The notes below the pieces were generated by a model, which was given only the letters and a program-made list of their open reading frames with translations, had not been told where the DNA came from and made no database searches. The position numbers and the translations under genes are program-made. Of a stretch of DNA of 58,734 nt, positions 1-9,091 are shown piece after piece. Every line of letters begins with the position of its first letter. Within the stretch, counting starts at the first letter, position 1. This stretch comes from Bacteroidales bacterium (GTDB taxonomy: Bacteria > Bacteroidota > Bacteroidia > Bacteroidales > UBA7960): assembly GCA_019429055.1 (NCBI GenBank), contig JAHYJP010000003.1:1-58734 (forward strand). Reading direction: 5' to 3'.

Positions 1-324
1 AATTGCACATCCTGTTCAATTTCAATAACTGTTTGTCCTGAATGATCCATATCGGAAACAGGATAGTGCGTTGTTTTATATCCAATACCTTTTATGGTAA
101 GTTGAGCATCCTGTTCTGTTATTCCGGAGATAAAGAAGAAACCATTTTCATCTGTTGTGGTGCCATGGTTAGTACCTTTTATATAAACCGCTACAAAAGG
201 AACTGCTTCACCCCCGTTTGTAACTTTTCCTCCCAGACTAAGCTCTGTATTTTCCGCAAAAGAATGATGTGAAATAATAATTAAAGCTAATAATAGTATC
301 AATTTTTGCAAGTAGGCCTCCATT
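1..324 (-). CDS. TonB-dependent (SusC-type) outer-membrane receptor, N-terminal fragment; the gene continues past the left edge
   Basis: A minus-strand frame is open from the window edge to the ATG at 324 (rc of 'cat' at 322-324). My translation is MEAYLQKLILLLALIIISHHSFAENTELSLGGKVTNGGEAVPFVAVYIKGTNHGTTTDENGFFFISGITEQDAQLTIKGIGYKTTHYPV. That is a signal peptide followed by the carboxypeptidase-regulatory-like beta-sandwich that prefixes Bacteroidota TonB receptors. It is absent from the ORF track because it has no in-window stop. Confidence 0.6.
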
Positions 325-616
325 TAATGTTCATTTAAGAAATAATAATATTTGAACCAGTTAATAAGCAAAAAGGTATTAAATTGCCTTTTATTTTTCA
401 AAAAAGACACCCAAATTAATTTACCCATTTAGAGTTAAACTTTACAATAAATGATTTCGAATCCGGGTGTTCTTTCTTGTTAGGGAATAAATTCTAATGA
501 CATTTTTAACTGATGCAAAATTAGGACTAGCCTGGTAACCCTGCAATCCCTAAAAATAATGATTTTAAAATGCCCTTAAGCTAATAAGGTAAAATCTCCT
601 CACCACAATAGGTTAA

Positions 617-649
617 AATAAAAAAGGATTCCTGAAAATCAGGAATCCT
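617..649 (-). terminator. Rho-independent terminator downstream of the acyl-CoA ligase gene
   Basis: An 11-bp perfect stem (aggattcctga at 625-635 pairing with tcaggaatcct at 639-649) has a 3-nt loop. On the minus strand it is followed by TTTTTAT. It lies 27 nt past the stop at 676. Confidence 0.65.
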
Positions 650-675
650 TTCTCGAATGTTTTTTGTGGAGAATC

Positions 676-2505
676 TTAATCGCGCGATTGATTTTTGTTA
701 TCACTCTTTACGCGAATGGGTTCAGACCGGGGATTATATAACGCTTCCACAAGGTCTTTATATTTCTGAATGATATATTGCCTCTTCAGCTTCAGTGAAG
801 ATGAAAGCTCTCCGGTTAATGGACTCCATTCATCAGCAATCAGAATAATCTTTTTTACCTGATCATTTTCGCTGAGCTTTTTATTGAATTTCCTTATTTC
901 TTCCTGGAAATGTTTTACCACCTGGGCATTTTTAATCAGTTCAGCATGATCCTGAAACTGAATCTTCTTTTTCTGCGACCATTGCACAAGCTCCTGAAAA
1001 TTCGGACTTATAATAGCGGCAGGATATTTCTGGTTTTCTCCTACAATCATTAACTGCTGAATATAAAAGCTCTCTTTGAGTTTATTCTCAATTTGTTGCG
1101 GAGCAACGTATTTACCATTCGACATTTTGAAGATTTCTTTTTTACGGTCGGTAATCTTCAGAAATCCATCATCTGTAAATTCGCCAATATCGCCACTGCG
1201 AAACCAGCCATCCTGATCAATAACATCGGATGTCGCTACCGGATCTTTGTAATATCCAAGCATAAGTCCGGGGCTTTTGATAAGGATCTCACCATCTTCG
1301 GCAATTTTTACTTCTACATCATTCAAAACTTTCCCTACTGATCCTGGTAGTGTATATCCGGGTTTAGAGTAGTTAACGGCAACCACAGGTGATGTTTCAG
1401 TAAGTCCGTAACCTTCAAAAACGGGTAAACCTGCTGCCCAGAAAATTCTGGCCAGGCGAGGCTGCAAGGCTGAGCCTCCACATCCAATAAAAGTAAGATT
1501 TGGACTCAATGCTTCGCGCCATTTGCTGAACACCAGTTTATCGGCCAAAGAATGACGGATTCTGAAGGATAGAGATTGTTTTTTGTAAGGAGTAAATTTT
1601 TCGGCAAGTTTAAGTGACTGAAGAAAAATGTAACGTTTGGGTGCACTTAGTTTTCTTGCTTTCTGCATGATCTTGTCGTAGATCGATTCAAGCAACCGGG
1701 GTACCGCGATAAAACCATCTACCTGCAGATCTTTGATGTCGCGCGCAATGGTGTTAATATTTTCTGCATAATATATGCTGACTCCCAGGTAATGATACTG
1801 GTAGTTAACCATATGCTCAAAAACATGAGAAAGAGGCAAAAAGCTCAGGGCTTTATGATTATGATTCAGGTGTTGAATTCGTGCTGTGGTAATGGCATTA
1901 CTCATCAGGTTTTTGTGGGAAAGCATCACTCCCTTAGGAACACCTGTGGTACCTGAAGTATAGATAATAGTGAGCAGGTCATCTTCATTGATCTTCTCAC
2001 GAATTTCCATAACTTCATCATAGTAGCGGGTTGCATTAGTTTTACCTGCTTGGGTTATTACCGACCAATGTTCTGCACCCTCAACCGGGTTAAAAGTAAG
2101 GATCTTGCGGGTATAAAGAAGTTTGTCTTTAATACTCTGAACCTTTTTGTAAAGTGTAGCATCTGAAACCACAACCATAGCTGATTCTGAGTGGTTAATG
2201 ATATACTCCAGTTCATCTGTGGAAAGCGTGGAATGAATGGGCACATGAACCATGCCGGCCATGGCAACACCCATTTCCATAAAGTTCCACTCGGGCCGGT
2301 TATTGGTTATAGTTGCAATTTTATCACCGGGTTTAAAACCCATAGCCAGAAGGCCCATGCTTACATTCCAGACATTATCTTTATATTCCTCAGTATTGTA
2401 TTCTCTCCATTTGCCGTTTTCAACACCGGCAAGTTTAAAACGACCTACCGTATCCGGCAGAGCGGTAAACCTTTCCAGAAGGTCAAAGTTTCTCTTAATT
2501 TGCAT
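676..2505 (-). CDS. Long-chain-fatty-acid--CoA ligase (AMP-dependent synthetase/ligase family)
   Basis: 609-aa ORF. It carries the AMP-binding signature 'IIYTSGTTGVPKGV', the 'GYGLTETSP' linker motif, and 'GWFRSGDIGEF...ITDRKKEIFK' (the A8-A10 region of adenylate-forming enzymes). Confidence 0.9.
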   Translation of the reverse strand: MQIKRNFDLLERFTALPDTVGRFKLAGVENGKWREYNTEEYKDNVWNVSMGLLAMGFKPGDKIATITNNRPEWNFMEMGVAMAGMVHVPIHSTLSTDELEYIINHSESAMVVVSDATLYKKVQSIKDKLLYTRKILTFNPVEGAEHWSVITQAGKTNATRYYDEVMEIREKINEDDLLTIIYTSGTTGVPKGVMLSHKNLMSNAITTARIQHLNHNHKALSFLPLSHVFEHMVNYQYHYLGVSIYYAENINTIARDIKDLQVDGFIAVPRLLESIYDKIMQKARKLSAPKRYIFLQSLKLAEKFTPYKKQSLSFRIRHSLADKLVFSKWREALSPNLTFIGCGGSALQPRLARIFWAAGLPVFEGYGLTETSPVVAVNYSKPGYTLPGSVGKVLNDVEVKIAEDGEILIKSPGLMLGYYKDPVATSDVIDQDGWFRSGDIGEFTDDGFLKITDRKKEIFKMSNGKYVAPQQIENKLKESFYIQQLMIVGENQKYPAAIISPNFQELVQWSQKKKIQFQDHAELIKNAQVVKHFQEEIRKFNKKLSENDQVKKIILIADEWSPLTGELSSSLKLKRQYIIQKYKDLVEALYNPRSEPIRVKSDNKNQSRD

Positions 2506-2819
2506 TTGTTTTTCCAGATAAGTGATGCAGAAGGATTATTACTGCAGTAAATTTTGATTTCCTATTTATTTAACAATCAGGATAGTATAATGTTTATATT
2601 TCAGACTTTTGCCAAATGTTTTGCAAATGTACTACTATCTCATGGAATAACTCTCATAATAATATCTAATAATAGGATGTGTATTGAGTAAATTGAGAAT
2701 TTACGGAATCAGCTAAAAATTAATTTAACATAGTTTAACCTAAAATAAAGGCTCTTTTTTTAGGAATCAGGACAACAAGGCTGTTATCTTTATATAGTAA
2801 ACCTGAAAATATTGATTTT

Positions 2820-3947
2820 ATGAAAGTTCAAAAAATTTTATTTGTTATTGCATTACTCACTTTTTCTTTTGTTTCATGTACATCTGCCGAAAAAGATCCT
2901 TCACAACTGGTTGGGGATCTTGATGTAACGATCGACACACTTGCAACAGGTCTTGAAAACCCATGGGGTCTTGAATTTTTACCGGATGGAAGAATTCTTA
3001 TCGTTGAACGCCCCGGAAGATTGCGAATTTGGGAGGACGGACAATTACACAGTGAACCTGTACCCGGATTACCCGAAATATGGGCACACGGACAAGGCGG
3101 ACTGCTCGATGTTGTTATGCACCCCGATTATGATCAGAATCAATGGCTTTACTTTGCCTATTCAGCCCCCGGACCCGGAGGCGGCAATACAGCCATTGGA
3201 AGAGGTAAGTTACAGGATCATCAGATAGTGGAATTTGAACAGCTCTTTCATGGCTATCCCAGCTCCTCCGGCGGAGCCCACTTTGGCAGTCGTATTGTTT
3301 TTGACTCTGAAAATTATCTTTTTACAACCATTGGTGACAGAGGTGTAATGAATGATGCCCAGAATATTGAAAATCACAGAGGTACGGTTCTGAGAATGTA
3401 TGATGACGGCACGGTTCCCCAGGATAATCCATTTGTAAATGAACCGGGTGCTATGCCCGAAATATGGTCATATGGGCACAGAAATATCCAGGGAATGGTA
3501 ATTCATCCCGAAACAGGGGATTTGTGGACGCATGAGCACGGACCTAAGGGAGGTGATGAAATCAATGTGGTTTTCAAAGGCGAAAACTATGGCTGGCCCC
3601 TTGCTACTTATGGAATCAACTACAATGGTACTGTAATTACGCAGGATACAACACTCCCGGGTAAGGTTGATCCTGTTTTGCACTGGACGCCATCTATTGC
3701 CCCCTGCGGGCTCGATATTGTTACAAGTGACAAATACCCTCAGTGGAAGGGAAATCTTCTTGTGGGTGCACTTGCAGGACAGCATATTCACAGAGTAGTA
3801 ATTGAAGGTCGTAAAGTTGTTGAAACCGAAAAACTGCTTCAGGGATTTGCCCGTTTCAGGGCCATCAGGCAGGGACCAGACGGTTACATATATGTTTTGA
3901 CTGAGTCTCCGGGGCTATTTGTAAGATTGGTTCCGCTGGAAGAATAA
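2820..3947 (+). CDS. PQQ-dependent sugar (glucose/sorbosone) dehydrogenase family lipoprotein
   Basis: 375-aa ORF with a lipoprotein signal (LLTFSFVSC). 'GLENPWGLEFLPDGRILIVERPGRLRI', 'GGLLDVVMHPDY' and 'HFGSRIVFD' are typical of the soluble aldose sugar dehydrogenase (YliI/GSDH) beta-propeller. Confidence 0.85.
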   Translation: MKVQKILFVIALLTFSFVSCTSAEKDPSQLVGDLDVTIDTLATGLENPWGLEFLPDGRILIVERPGRLRIWEDGQLHSEPVPGLPEIWAHGQGGLLDVVMHPDYDQNQWLYFAYSAPGPGGGNTAIGRGKLQDHQIVEFEQLFHGYPSSSGGAHFGSRIVFDSENYLFTTIGDRGVMNDAQNIENHRGTVLRMYDDGTVPQDNPFVNEPGAMPEIWSYGHRNIQGMVIHPETGDLWTHEHGPKGGDEINVVFKGENYGWPLATYGINYNGTVITQDTTLPGKVDPVLHWTPSIAPCGLDIVTSDKYPQWKGNLLVGALAGQHIHRVVIEGRKVVETEKLLQGFARFRAIRQGPDGYIYVLTESPGLFVRLVPLEE

Positions 3948-3970
3948 AGAATTTAAGATATTACTACCAA

Positions 3971-4117
3971 AGAGGGTGACTCAATAGTCAGTTTTGATTT
4001 GGATACTGAGCAATTCGATAAACTCATTGTAACACTTGTCGAAGTGAGTATCTGACTGATAATCAGATGTAGTTTCGACAGGCTCAACGGCCAACTGGCA
4101 GTTTTGAGACAGCCTCT
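3971..4117. repeat. Intergenic long-hairpin repeat element, copy A (degenerate, with a partial internal duplication)
   Basis: It shares 'cttgtcgaag..(loop)..gtttcgacaggctcaacg(g/a)cc...tgagacagcctcttt' with copy B at 10635-10755. The outer arms 'agagggtgactcaa' and 'ttgagacagcctct' are inverted. It sits between the stops of two convergent genes (3947 and 4122). Confidence 0.6.
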
Positions 4118-4121
4118 TTGT

Positions 4122-4727
4122 TTAAAACCTTTCCTGCGAATCTTTTAAAATATTGAATAAAAATTCACGTGCCCTGAATAGCTGTGCTTTGACCGTTCCC
4201 AGGGGTAAATCCAGCTCCACGCAAATTTCTTCATACGAATATTCGTCAAAATATCTTAGTTGAATGAGTTTTTTGTAGCGCGGTTTCAGCTTATCAACAA
4301 CTTTGCGCATCAGTTCAATTTTCTGAGATTTGATCAGGTTTTCTTCAGGATCGAGGCTGCCGGATGCCATGCTCTTGACATGGTAAGATTCCGTTACATC
4401 TTCATAATTATCGTTGGCCAGCACATTCTTCTTTTTCTTGCGCATAAAGTCAATACAATTATTGGATGCAATTTTAAAGAGCCAGGTACTGAAAGCGTAA
4501 TCAGGTGTATATTGCGAAAGATTTTTAAAAGCTTTTCCAAAAGCTTCGAGGGTAAGATCTTCGGCATCGTCAACATTGCCGGTCATTTTTACCAGCATGA
4601 AATAAATGGTGTCTCTGTATAATCCCATGAGCTCGGTAAACGCCAGCTGGTTGCCATTTTCAACGGCCTCCCTTACCAGTTCATAATCTCTTTGAGCTTT
4701 TTCTGTGAGATTGGGGTTTACTTCCAT
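4122..4727 (-). CDS. RNA polymerase sigma-70 factor, ECF subfamily
   Basis: 201-aa ORF. Region 2 reads 'AFTELMGLYRDTIYFMLVKM...DAEDLTLEAFGKAF...FSTWLFKIASNNCIDFMRKK'. Region 4 reads 'YKKLIQLRYFDEYSYEEICVELDLPLGTVKAQLFRAREFL'. Confidence 0.9.
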   Translation of the reverse strand: MEVNPNLTEKAQRDYELVREAVENGNQLAFTELMGLYRDTIYFMLVKMTGNVDDAEDLTLEAFGKAFKNLSQYTPDYAFSTWLFKIASNNCIDFMRKKKKNVLANDNYEDVTESYHVKSMASGSLDPEENLIKSQKIELMRKVVDKLKPRYKKLIQLRYFDEYSYEEICVELDLPLGTVKAQLFRAREFLFNILKDSQERF

Positions 4728-5908
4728 TTATTTTTCCTGTAAAATAGATTTGAAATTGCAAAAACAGGGTTTAAAAATGCAAAAATCATATCAAATATTG
4801 GCGAATATAAAAATAATTTCGGTTCATTAAACCTTTTCCCTGCATAATAATAAATGAGCATGAGTGAAAAGAATTTAAGGAAAACCAAACCTGCTGCAAT
4901 ATATAAAACTAAGAATGATTGGGCTAAAGCCAAAAATACAACGAGCGAAATGTAAAACATGGTATTGGAAAAAGCGAGCAAACCTAATCTGAATTTATCT
5001 CCGGCCTTGTAGTATCCTCCGGTGGAGAGATGACGTTTTTTTTGCTTAAACCATGTACCAAAAGATTTTTTGGGTTCGGAAAGGGTAAAACTATCAGGGT
5101 GTATTACAATTTGAGTGTTTTTGCGGTTTGCGGTTTTATTTACGAAAAGATCGTCATCACCTGAATTAATTTTATAATGCGAAGTAAATCCCCCGCTTCT
5201 GAAAAACAGCTCTTTTTTGTATGCAAGATTTCGCCCAACACCCATGTAAGGTTTACCAGCAAGTGCAAATCCCAGGTATTGAACGGCAATTGAAACCGTG
5301 TCGAATCGGATCAGGTTGTTAAGAAAACCCTTAATTTTTCGATATCCACCATAACCGAGAACAATTTCAGTTTTATCATCAAAAGCCGACATCATTTCTG
5401 ATATCCAGTTTTGGCTTGCAGGCGAGCAATCGGCATCTGTAAGAAGAATAGTATCGAATTTAGCAGATTTGATTCCTAAGGCAAGGGCTAGTTTCTTGCC
5501 CGCAAAGAAGTTTACATTTTCGCGTAAATTGATGACATTAAAATTATGATACTTTTCCTGTAAGGACTTTAAAAAAAAATAACTGTCATCTTCAGAAAAA
5601 TCATTTACAAGAATTACTTCGAAGGCTGGGTAATTTTGTTCCAGCACAAGGGGCAAATTACTCTTCAGATTTTCATACTCATTTCTTGCACAGATCACTA
5701 CGGATACCGGAAGATCCGGTTTTATTGAAGCATTGGCCTTTGGGGTATTTCTAAATGCAATACGGCTATAATAAAGCCAGTAATAAACTAAGATTACAAC
5801 TGTAAAAAATACAAATATCAGAAGACTGATCCATTGAAAATCACTGAGTAAATCATTAAATGGAATCATACAAAACCCCTTCTTTTGGAAACCTGCAAAA
5901 ATAGCCAA
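4718..5908 (-). CDS. Family 2 glycosyltransferase, membrane-anchored
   Basis: 396-aa ORF. It has the GT-A core 'VSVVICARNEYENL', 'VILVNDFSEDDS' and the DxD motif 'LLTDADCSP', plus N- and C-terminal TM segments. An alternative start is the ATG at 5869 (MIPFND...). Its stop overlaps the sigma-factor ATG by 10 nt. Confidence 0.85.
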   Translation of the reverse strand: MAIFAGFQKKGFCMIPFNDLLSDFQWISLLIFVFFTVVILVYYWLYYSRIAFRNTPKANASIKPDLPVSVVICARNEYENLKSNLPLVLEQNYPAFEVILVNDFSEDDSYFFLKSLQEKYHNFNVINLRENVNFFAGKKLALALGIKSAKFDTILLTDADCSPASQNWISEMMSAFDDKTEIVLGYGGYRKIKGFLNNLIRFDTVSIAVQYLGFALAGKPYMGVGRNLAYKKELFFRSGGFTSHYKINSGDDDLFVNKTANRKNTQIVIHPDSFTLSEPKKSFGTWFKQKKRHLSTGGYYKAGDKFRLGLLAFSNTMFYISLVVFLALAQSFLVLYIAAGLVFLKFFSLMLIYYYAGKRFNEPKLFLYSPIFDMIFAFLNPVFAISNLFYRKNKWK

Positions 5909-5958
5909 TCTTAAGGAATATCAGCTATCTTTGAAAAATTTTTAATTAAGCTTTCTTC

Positions 5959-7089
5959 ATGCAGTTTAAAATTCATCATTTCGATAAAACCAGTAACGCC
6001 CGAAGCGGCACAATTATTACAGATCACGGGAATATAGACACCCCCATTTTCATGCCTGTGGGCACAGCAGGCACCGTTAAAGCCATTCATAATAAAGATC
6101 TGCATGAGCAGGTAAAGGCTGAGATCATCCTCGGAAATACCTATCATCTTTATTTACGGCCCGGACTGGAAATTCTGAGAAAAGCAGGCGGATTACACAA
6201 ATTTAATGCCTGGGATAAGCCTATACTTACCGATAGTGGCGGCTACCAGGTTTATTCCCTGGCTCATCGTCGTAAGATGAAAGAAGATGGCGTGGTTTTT
6301 CAGTCACATATCGACGGGTCGCGTCATATGTTCAGTCCCGAAGGAGTTATGGATATTCAAAGAGTAATTGGTGGTGACATTATCATGGCATTTGATGAAT
6401 GCACTCCCTATCCCTGTGATTATAATTATGCAAAAGAATCCATGGAACTTACTCATCGCTGGTTAAAAAGGTGTTGCGATCATTTTGACAACACCACAGG
6501 ACATTACGGTTACAACCAGACACTTTTTCCCATTGTACAGGGAAGTACTTACAAGGATTTACGTGAGAAGTCAGCAGCGTTTATTGCTGCACAAAACCGC
6601 GATGGTAATGCCATTGGTGGTCTTTCAGTGGGCGAACCGGCAGAGATGATGTACGAAATGACCGATCTGGTTTGTTCCGTTTTACCCAAAGATAAACCGC
6701 GATACCTCATGGGTGTGGGAACTCCGGTAAATATCCTGGAAAGCATTTCACTTGGTATTGATATGTTTGATTGTGTAATGCCTACCCGAAATGCACGCAA
6801 CGGAATGATTTTTACCAGCGAAGGTATCCTGAATATGCGCAATAAAAAATGGGAAAAGGATTTTTCGCCTATCGATCCGGCGGGGCAAACCTTTGCTGAT
6901 ACAATGTACTCCAAAGCCTATCTGCGTCATCTCTTTGTTGCCAATGAGATGCTCGCTTCCATTATTGCAACCATGCATAACCTCAGTTTTTATATGTGGT
7001 TGGTTAAGCAGGCTCGCGAACAGATAAAGCTTGACAATTTTGCAGCATGGAAGAATCAGATGGTTGCAAAGCTCTCAGCCAGATTGTAA
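5959..7089 (+). CDS. tgt: tRNA-guanine transglycosylase (queuine tRNA-ribosyltransferase)
   Basis: 376-aa ORF. 'ARSGTIITDHGNIDTPIFMPVGT', 'ILTDSGGYQV', 'GGLSVGE' and 'PRYLMGVGTP' are canonical Tgt motifs. Confidence 0.95.
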   Translation: MQFKIHHFDKTSNARSGTIITDHGNIDTPIFMPVGTAGTVKAIHNKDLHEQVKAEIILGNTYHLYLRPGLEILRKAGGLHKFNAWDKPILTDSGGYQVYSLAHRRKMKEDGVVFQSHIDGSRHMFSPEGVMDIQRVIGGDIIMAFDECTPYPCDYNYAKESMELTHRWLKRCCDHFDNTTGHYGYNQTLFPIVQGSTYKDLREKSAAFIAAQNRDGNAIGGLSVGEPAEMMYEMTDLVCSVLPKDKPRYLMGVGTPVNILESISLGIDMFDCVMPTRNARNGMIFTSEGILNMRNKKWEKDFSPIDPAGQTFADTMYSKAYLRHLFVANEMLASIIATMHNLSFYMWLVKQAREQIKLDNFAAWKNQMVAKLSARL

Positions 7090-7128
7090 CAGTTGTAATG
7101 CTCAATAATACACGAACACGAAAAGTAT

Positions 7129-7136
7129 TAACTTTG
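7129..7136 (+). promoter_or_regulatory. Candidate Bacteroidota -7 promoter box (TAACTTTG)
   Basis: It matches the TAnnTTTG -7 consensus of Bacteroidota primary-sigma promoters and lies about 98 nt upstream of the permease ATG at 7234. This is a motif match only. Confidence 0.3.
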
Positions 7137-7233
7137 CGTTCTTATTTCAGCTGAAAAGCTTGTCAGAAATGAAGCCAGTAAAAAATAATTAACCTGATTA
7201 TCAACCATAGATTCTGATCATAATTAATTGCTG

Positions 7234-8316
7234 ATGGGACTGAAAAAACTTGACTGGTATATTATCGGAAAATTTCTGGGTACATTCTTTTATGCAATTG
7301 CATTGATCATTCTGATTGTTATCATTTTTGACCTTTCTGAAAGAATCGATAATTTCATAGAAAACAGGGCACCTTTATACGACATTCTATTTGTTTACTA
7401 CCTCAACTTTATTCCCTATTTTGTCAATCTGTTCAGTCCGTTATTTACTTTTATTGCGGTAATCTATTTCACATCCCGCATGGCTTTCAACTCCGAGATC
7501 ATTGCCATTCTGAGCTCGGGGGTAAGTTTCAGGCGAATGCTTATCCCCTACTTTCTGGCATCAACATTTCTGGCCATCCTTTCCATTTATCTTTCCAATG
7601 TAATGATACCTGATGCCAACCGTAAGAGGCTGGACTTTGAAGAAACCTACATCAGAAGTCAGCGGCAATTCAGAGAAAGGAACATTCATTTACAGATCAG
7701 ACCCGGTGAATTTGTTTACCTTGAATCCTTCAACGATCGCATCAACGTGGGATACAAATTTACACTTGAACGTATTGAAGACGGAATATTGGTAAGAAAA
7801 GTAGCCGCCGACAGAGCAGAGTGGATTGACAGTACGGCAACCTGGTCTTTAAGAAATTATTTCACTCGCGAAATTGATGGAACTCATGAAAAACTTGAAT
7901 TTGGCCAAAGAAAAGATACCATTATTAATTTGAGTCCTGATGATTTTATTCAGAACCTGAGAGATATGGATGCAATGAATTTCAGGGAGTTACAGTCATT
8001 TATTGACAATGAAAGGCTAAAGGGTTCAGAAAACATTAAATTCTACCTAGTGGAGAAACACAGGAGAATTGCATTCCCATTTGCTACTCTTGTGCTCACA
8101 TTAATTGGAGTTTCTCTTTCAAGCAGAAAAGTGAGAGGAGGGCTGGGTTTACACCTGGGGATCGGACTCACACTTAGCTTTGCTTTCATATTATTTATGC
8201 AGGTTTCAACAACATTTGCCACCAATGGTAACCTTCCACCTATCCTTGCCGTGTGGATCCCCAATATGGTATTTGCTGTATTGGGATTTTATCTTCTGAA
8301 AACAGCACCTAAGTAA
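7234..8316 (+). CDS. LptF/LptG-family (YjgP/YjgQ) LPS export permease
   Basis: The N-terminus 'MGLKKLDWYIIGKFLGTFFYAIALIILIVIIFDLSERI' is typical of the family. The layout is 3 TM, a periplasmic beta-jellyroll region, then 3 TM. The ORF track opens at TTG 7228; I prefer the ATG at 7234. Confidence 0.85.
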   Translation: MGLKKLDWYIIGKFLGTFFYAIALIILIVIIFDLSERIDNFIENRAPLYDILFVYYLNFIPYFVNLFSPLFTFIAVIYFTSRMAFNSEIIAILSSGVSFRRMLIPYFLASTFLAILSIYLSNVMIPDANRKRLDFEETYIRSQRQFRERNIHLQIRPGEFVYLESFNDRINVGYKFTLERIEDGILVRKVAADRAEWIDSTATWSLRNYFTREIDGTHEKLEFGQRKDTIINLSPDDFIQNLRDMDAMNFRELQSFIDNERLKGSENIKFYLVEKHRRIAFPFATLVLTLIGVSLSSRKVRGGLGLHLGIGLTLSFAFILFMQVSTTFATNGNLPPILAVWIPNMVFAVLGFYLLKTAPK

Positions 8317-8325
8317 AAATAGAAG

Positions 8326-8357
8326 CAAAAAAAAGAGCCTGGAAAAGGCTCTTTTAA
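8326..8357. terminator. Bidirectional rho-independent terminator
   Basis: The stem pairs aagagcc (8333-8339) with ggctctt (8347-8353). It is flanked by an A-run upstream and a T-run downstream, and sits between convergent stops at 8316 and 8359. Confidence 0.6.
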
Positions 8358-8358
8358 A

Positions 8359-8610
8359 TTATTCTTCAGATTTGGGTTTCAGAAAAATATCCGGAAGCAA
8401 ATAACCCATTGCTCCTCCCCAGACCATCGACAAATAGGGATTGGATTGAATAGTACAACCACTTTCACATCCTATGAGCGCATAATAGGCATAACCTCCA
8501 ATTACCCCGACCAGGGTTAATGAACCTATGATCCAGAGATAATTTTTACGGGAAATATTACCTTTATTGTTCGTTGTTTCCGGGTTCTCTTTAACAGTGT
8601 TATTTTCCAT
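8359..8610 (-). CDS. Small 2-TM membrane protein with a CxxxC motif (resembles the DUF6132 type)
   Basis: From ATG 8610 (MENNTVKEN...) there are two hydrophobic helices flanking 'YYALIGCESGCTIQSNP'. The ORF-track start at 8658 is a TTG. It lies directly downstream of two thioredoxin genes on the same strand. Confidence 0.6.
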   Translation of the reverse strand: MENNTVKENPETTNNKGNISRKNYLWIIGSLTLVGVIGGYAYYALIGCESGCTIQSNPYLSMVWGGAMGYLLPDIFLKPKSEE

Positions 8611-8667
8611 ATTTCTGATTATTAAATTTCTGAAAAATGAATGGATTCGAATCAACAAAAATGTCGA

Positions 8668-9024
8668 TTATTTTGCCACTCCTAAAACATCCTCAATTGC
8701 TTTTTCAAATGCGGCTTTTGGAAGTGCTCCGGCTGCCATTTGTGGCTGTGCATCCTGAGGTACAAAAAGAATGGAAGGAATACTTCTGATACCGAAAATA
8801 GCACTTAATTCACGTTCCTTTTCTGTATCAACTTTATAGATATCAACTTTGCCGTCATATTCTTTGGAAAGTTCTTCAAGCAAAGGAGCTACCATTTTAC
8901 AGGGTCCGCACCAGTCGGCATAGAAGTCGATGATACAAGGTTTGTCTCCTTCAAATTTCCAGTCTTTGTTTTTTTCAAAATCAAAAACTTTGGTTTTGAA
9001 TGTTTCTAAATTTAAATGTTCCAT
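8668..9024 (-). CDS. Thioredoxin
   Basis: 118-aa ORF with 'IIDFYADWCGPCKMVAPLLEELSKEY' (WCGPC active site) and the cis-Pro context 'IRSIPSILF'. It has no signal peptide. Confidence 0.9.
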   Translation of the reverse strand: MEHLNLETFKTKVFDFEKNKDWKFEGDKPCIIDFYADWCGPCKMVAPLLEELSKEYDGKVDIYKVDTEKERELSAIFGIRSIPSILFVPQDAQPQMAAGALPKAAFEKAIEDVLGVAK

Positions 9025-9091
9025 TTTAATAAAATATATGGGGAAGCAACTGTTGGTTACTTCCCTTCGTTTGACTTTTGTTATTTACTTT

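Noticed and set aside
42-272. 76-aa plus-strand ORF at the left edge
   Set aside because: It lies entirely antisense to a much better minus-strand frame that encodes a signal peptide plus a CarboxypepD_reg-like receptor N-terminus. Its sequence is Cys/Phe-rich and low in complexity, with no motif.
325-675. Possible riboswitch (for example cobalamin or TPP) in the 350-nt leader of the TonB receptor gene
   Set aside because: Reading the minus strand, I found no B12 box (GCCACTG context), TPP 'CTGAGA' element or other conserved riboswitch core. The region is just AT-rich sequence plus the fadD-like gene's terminator.
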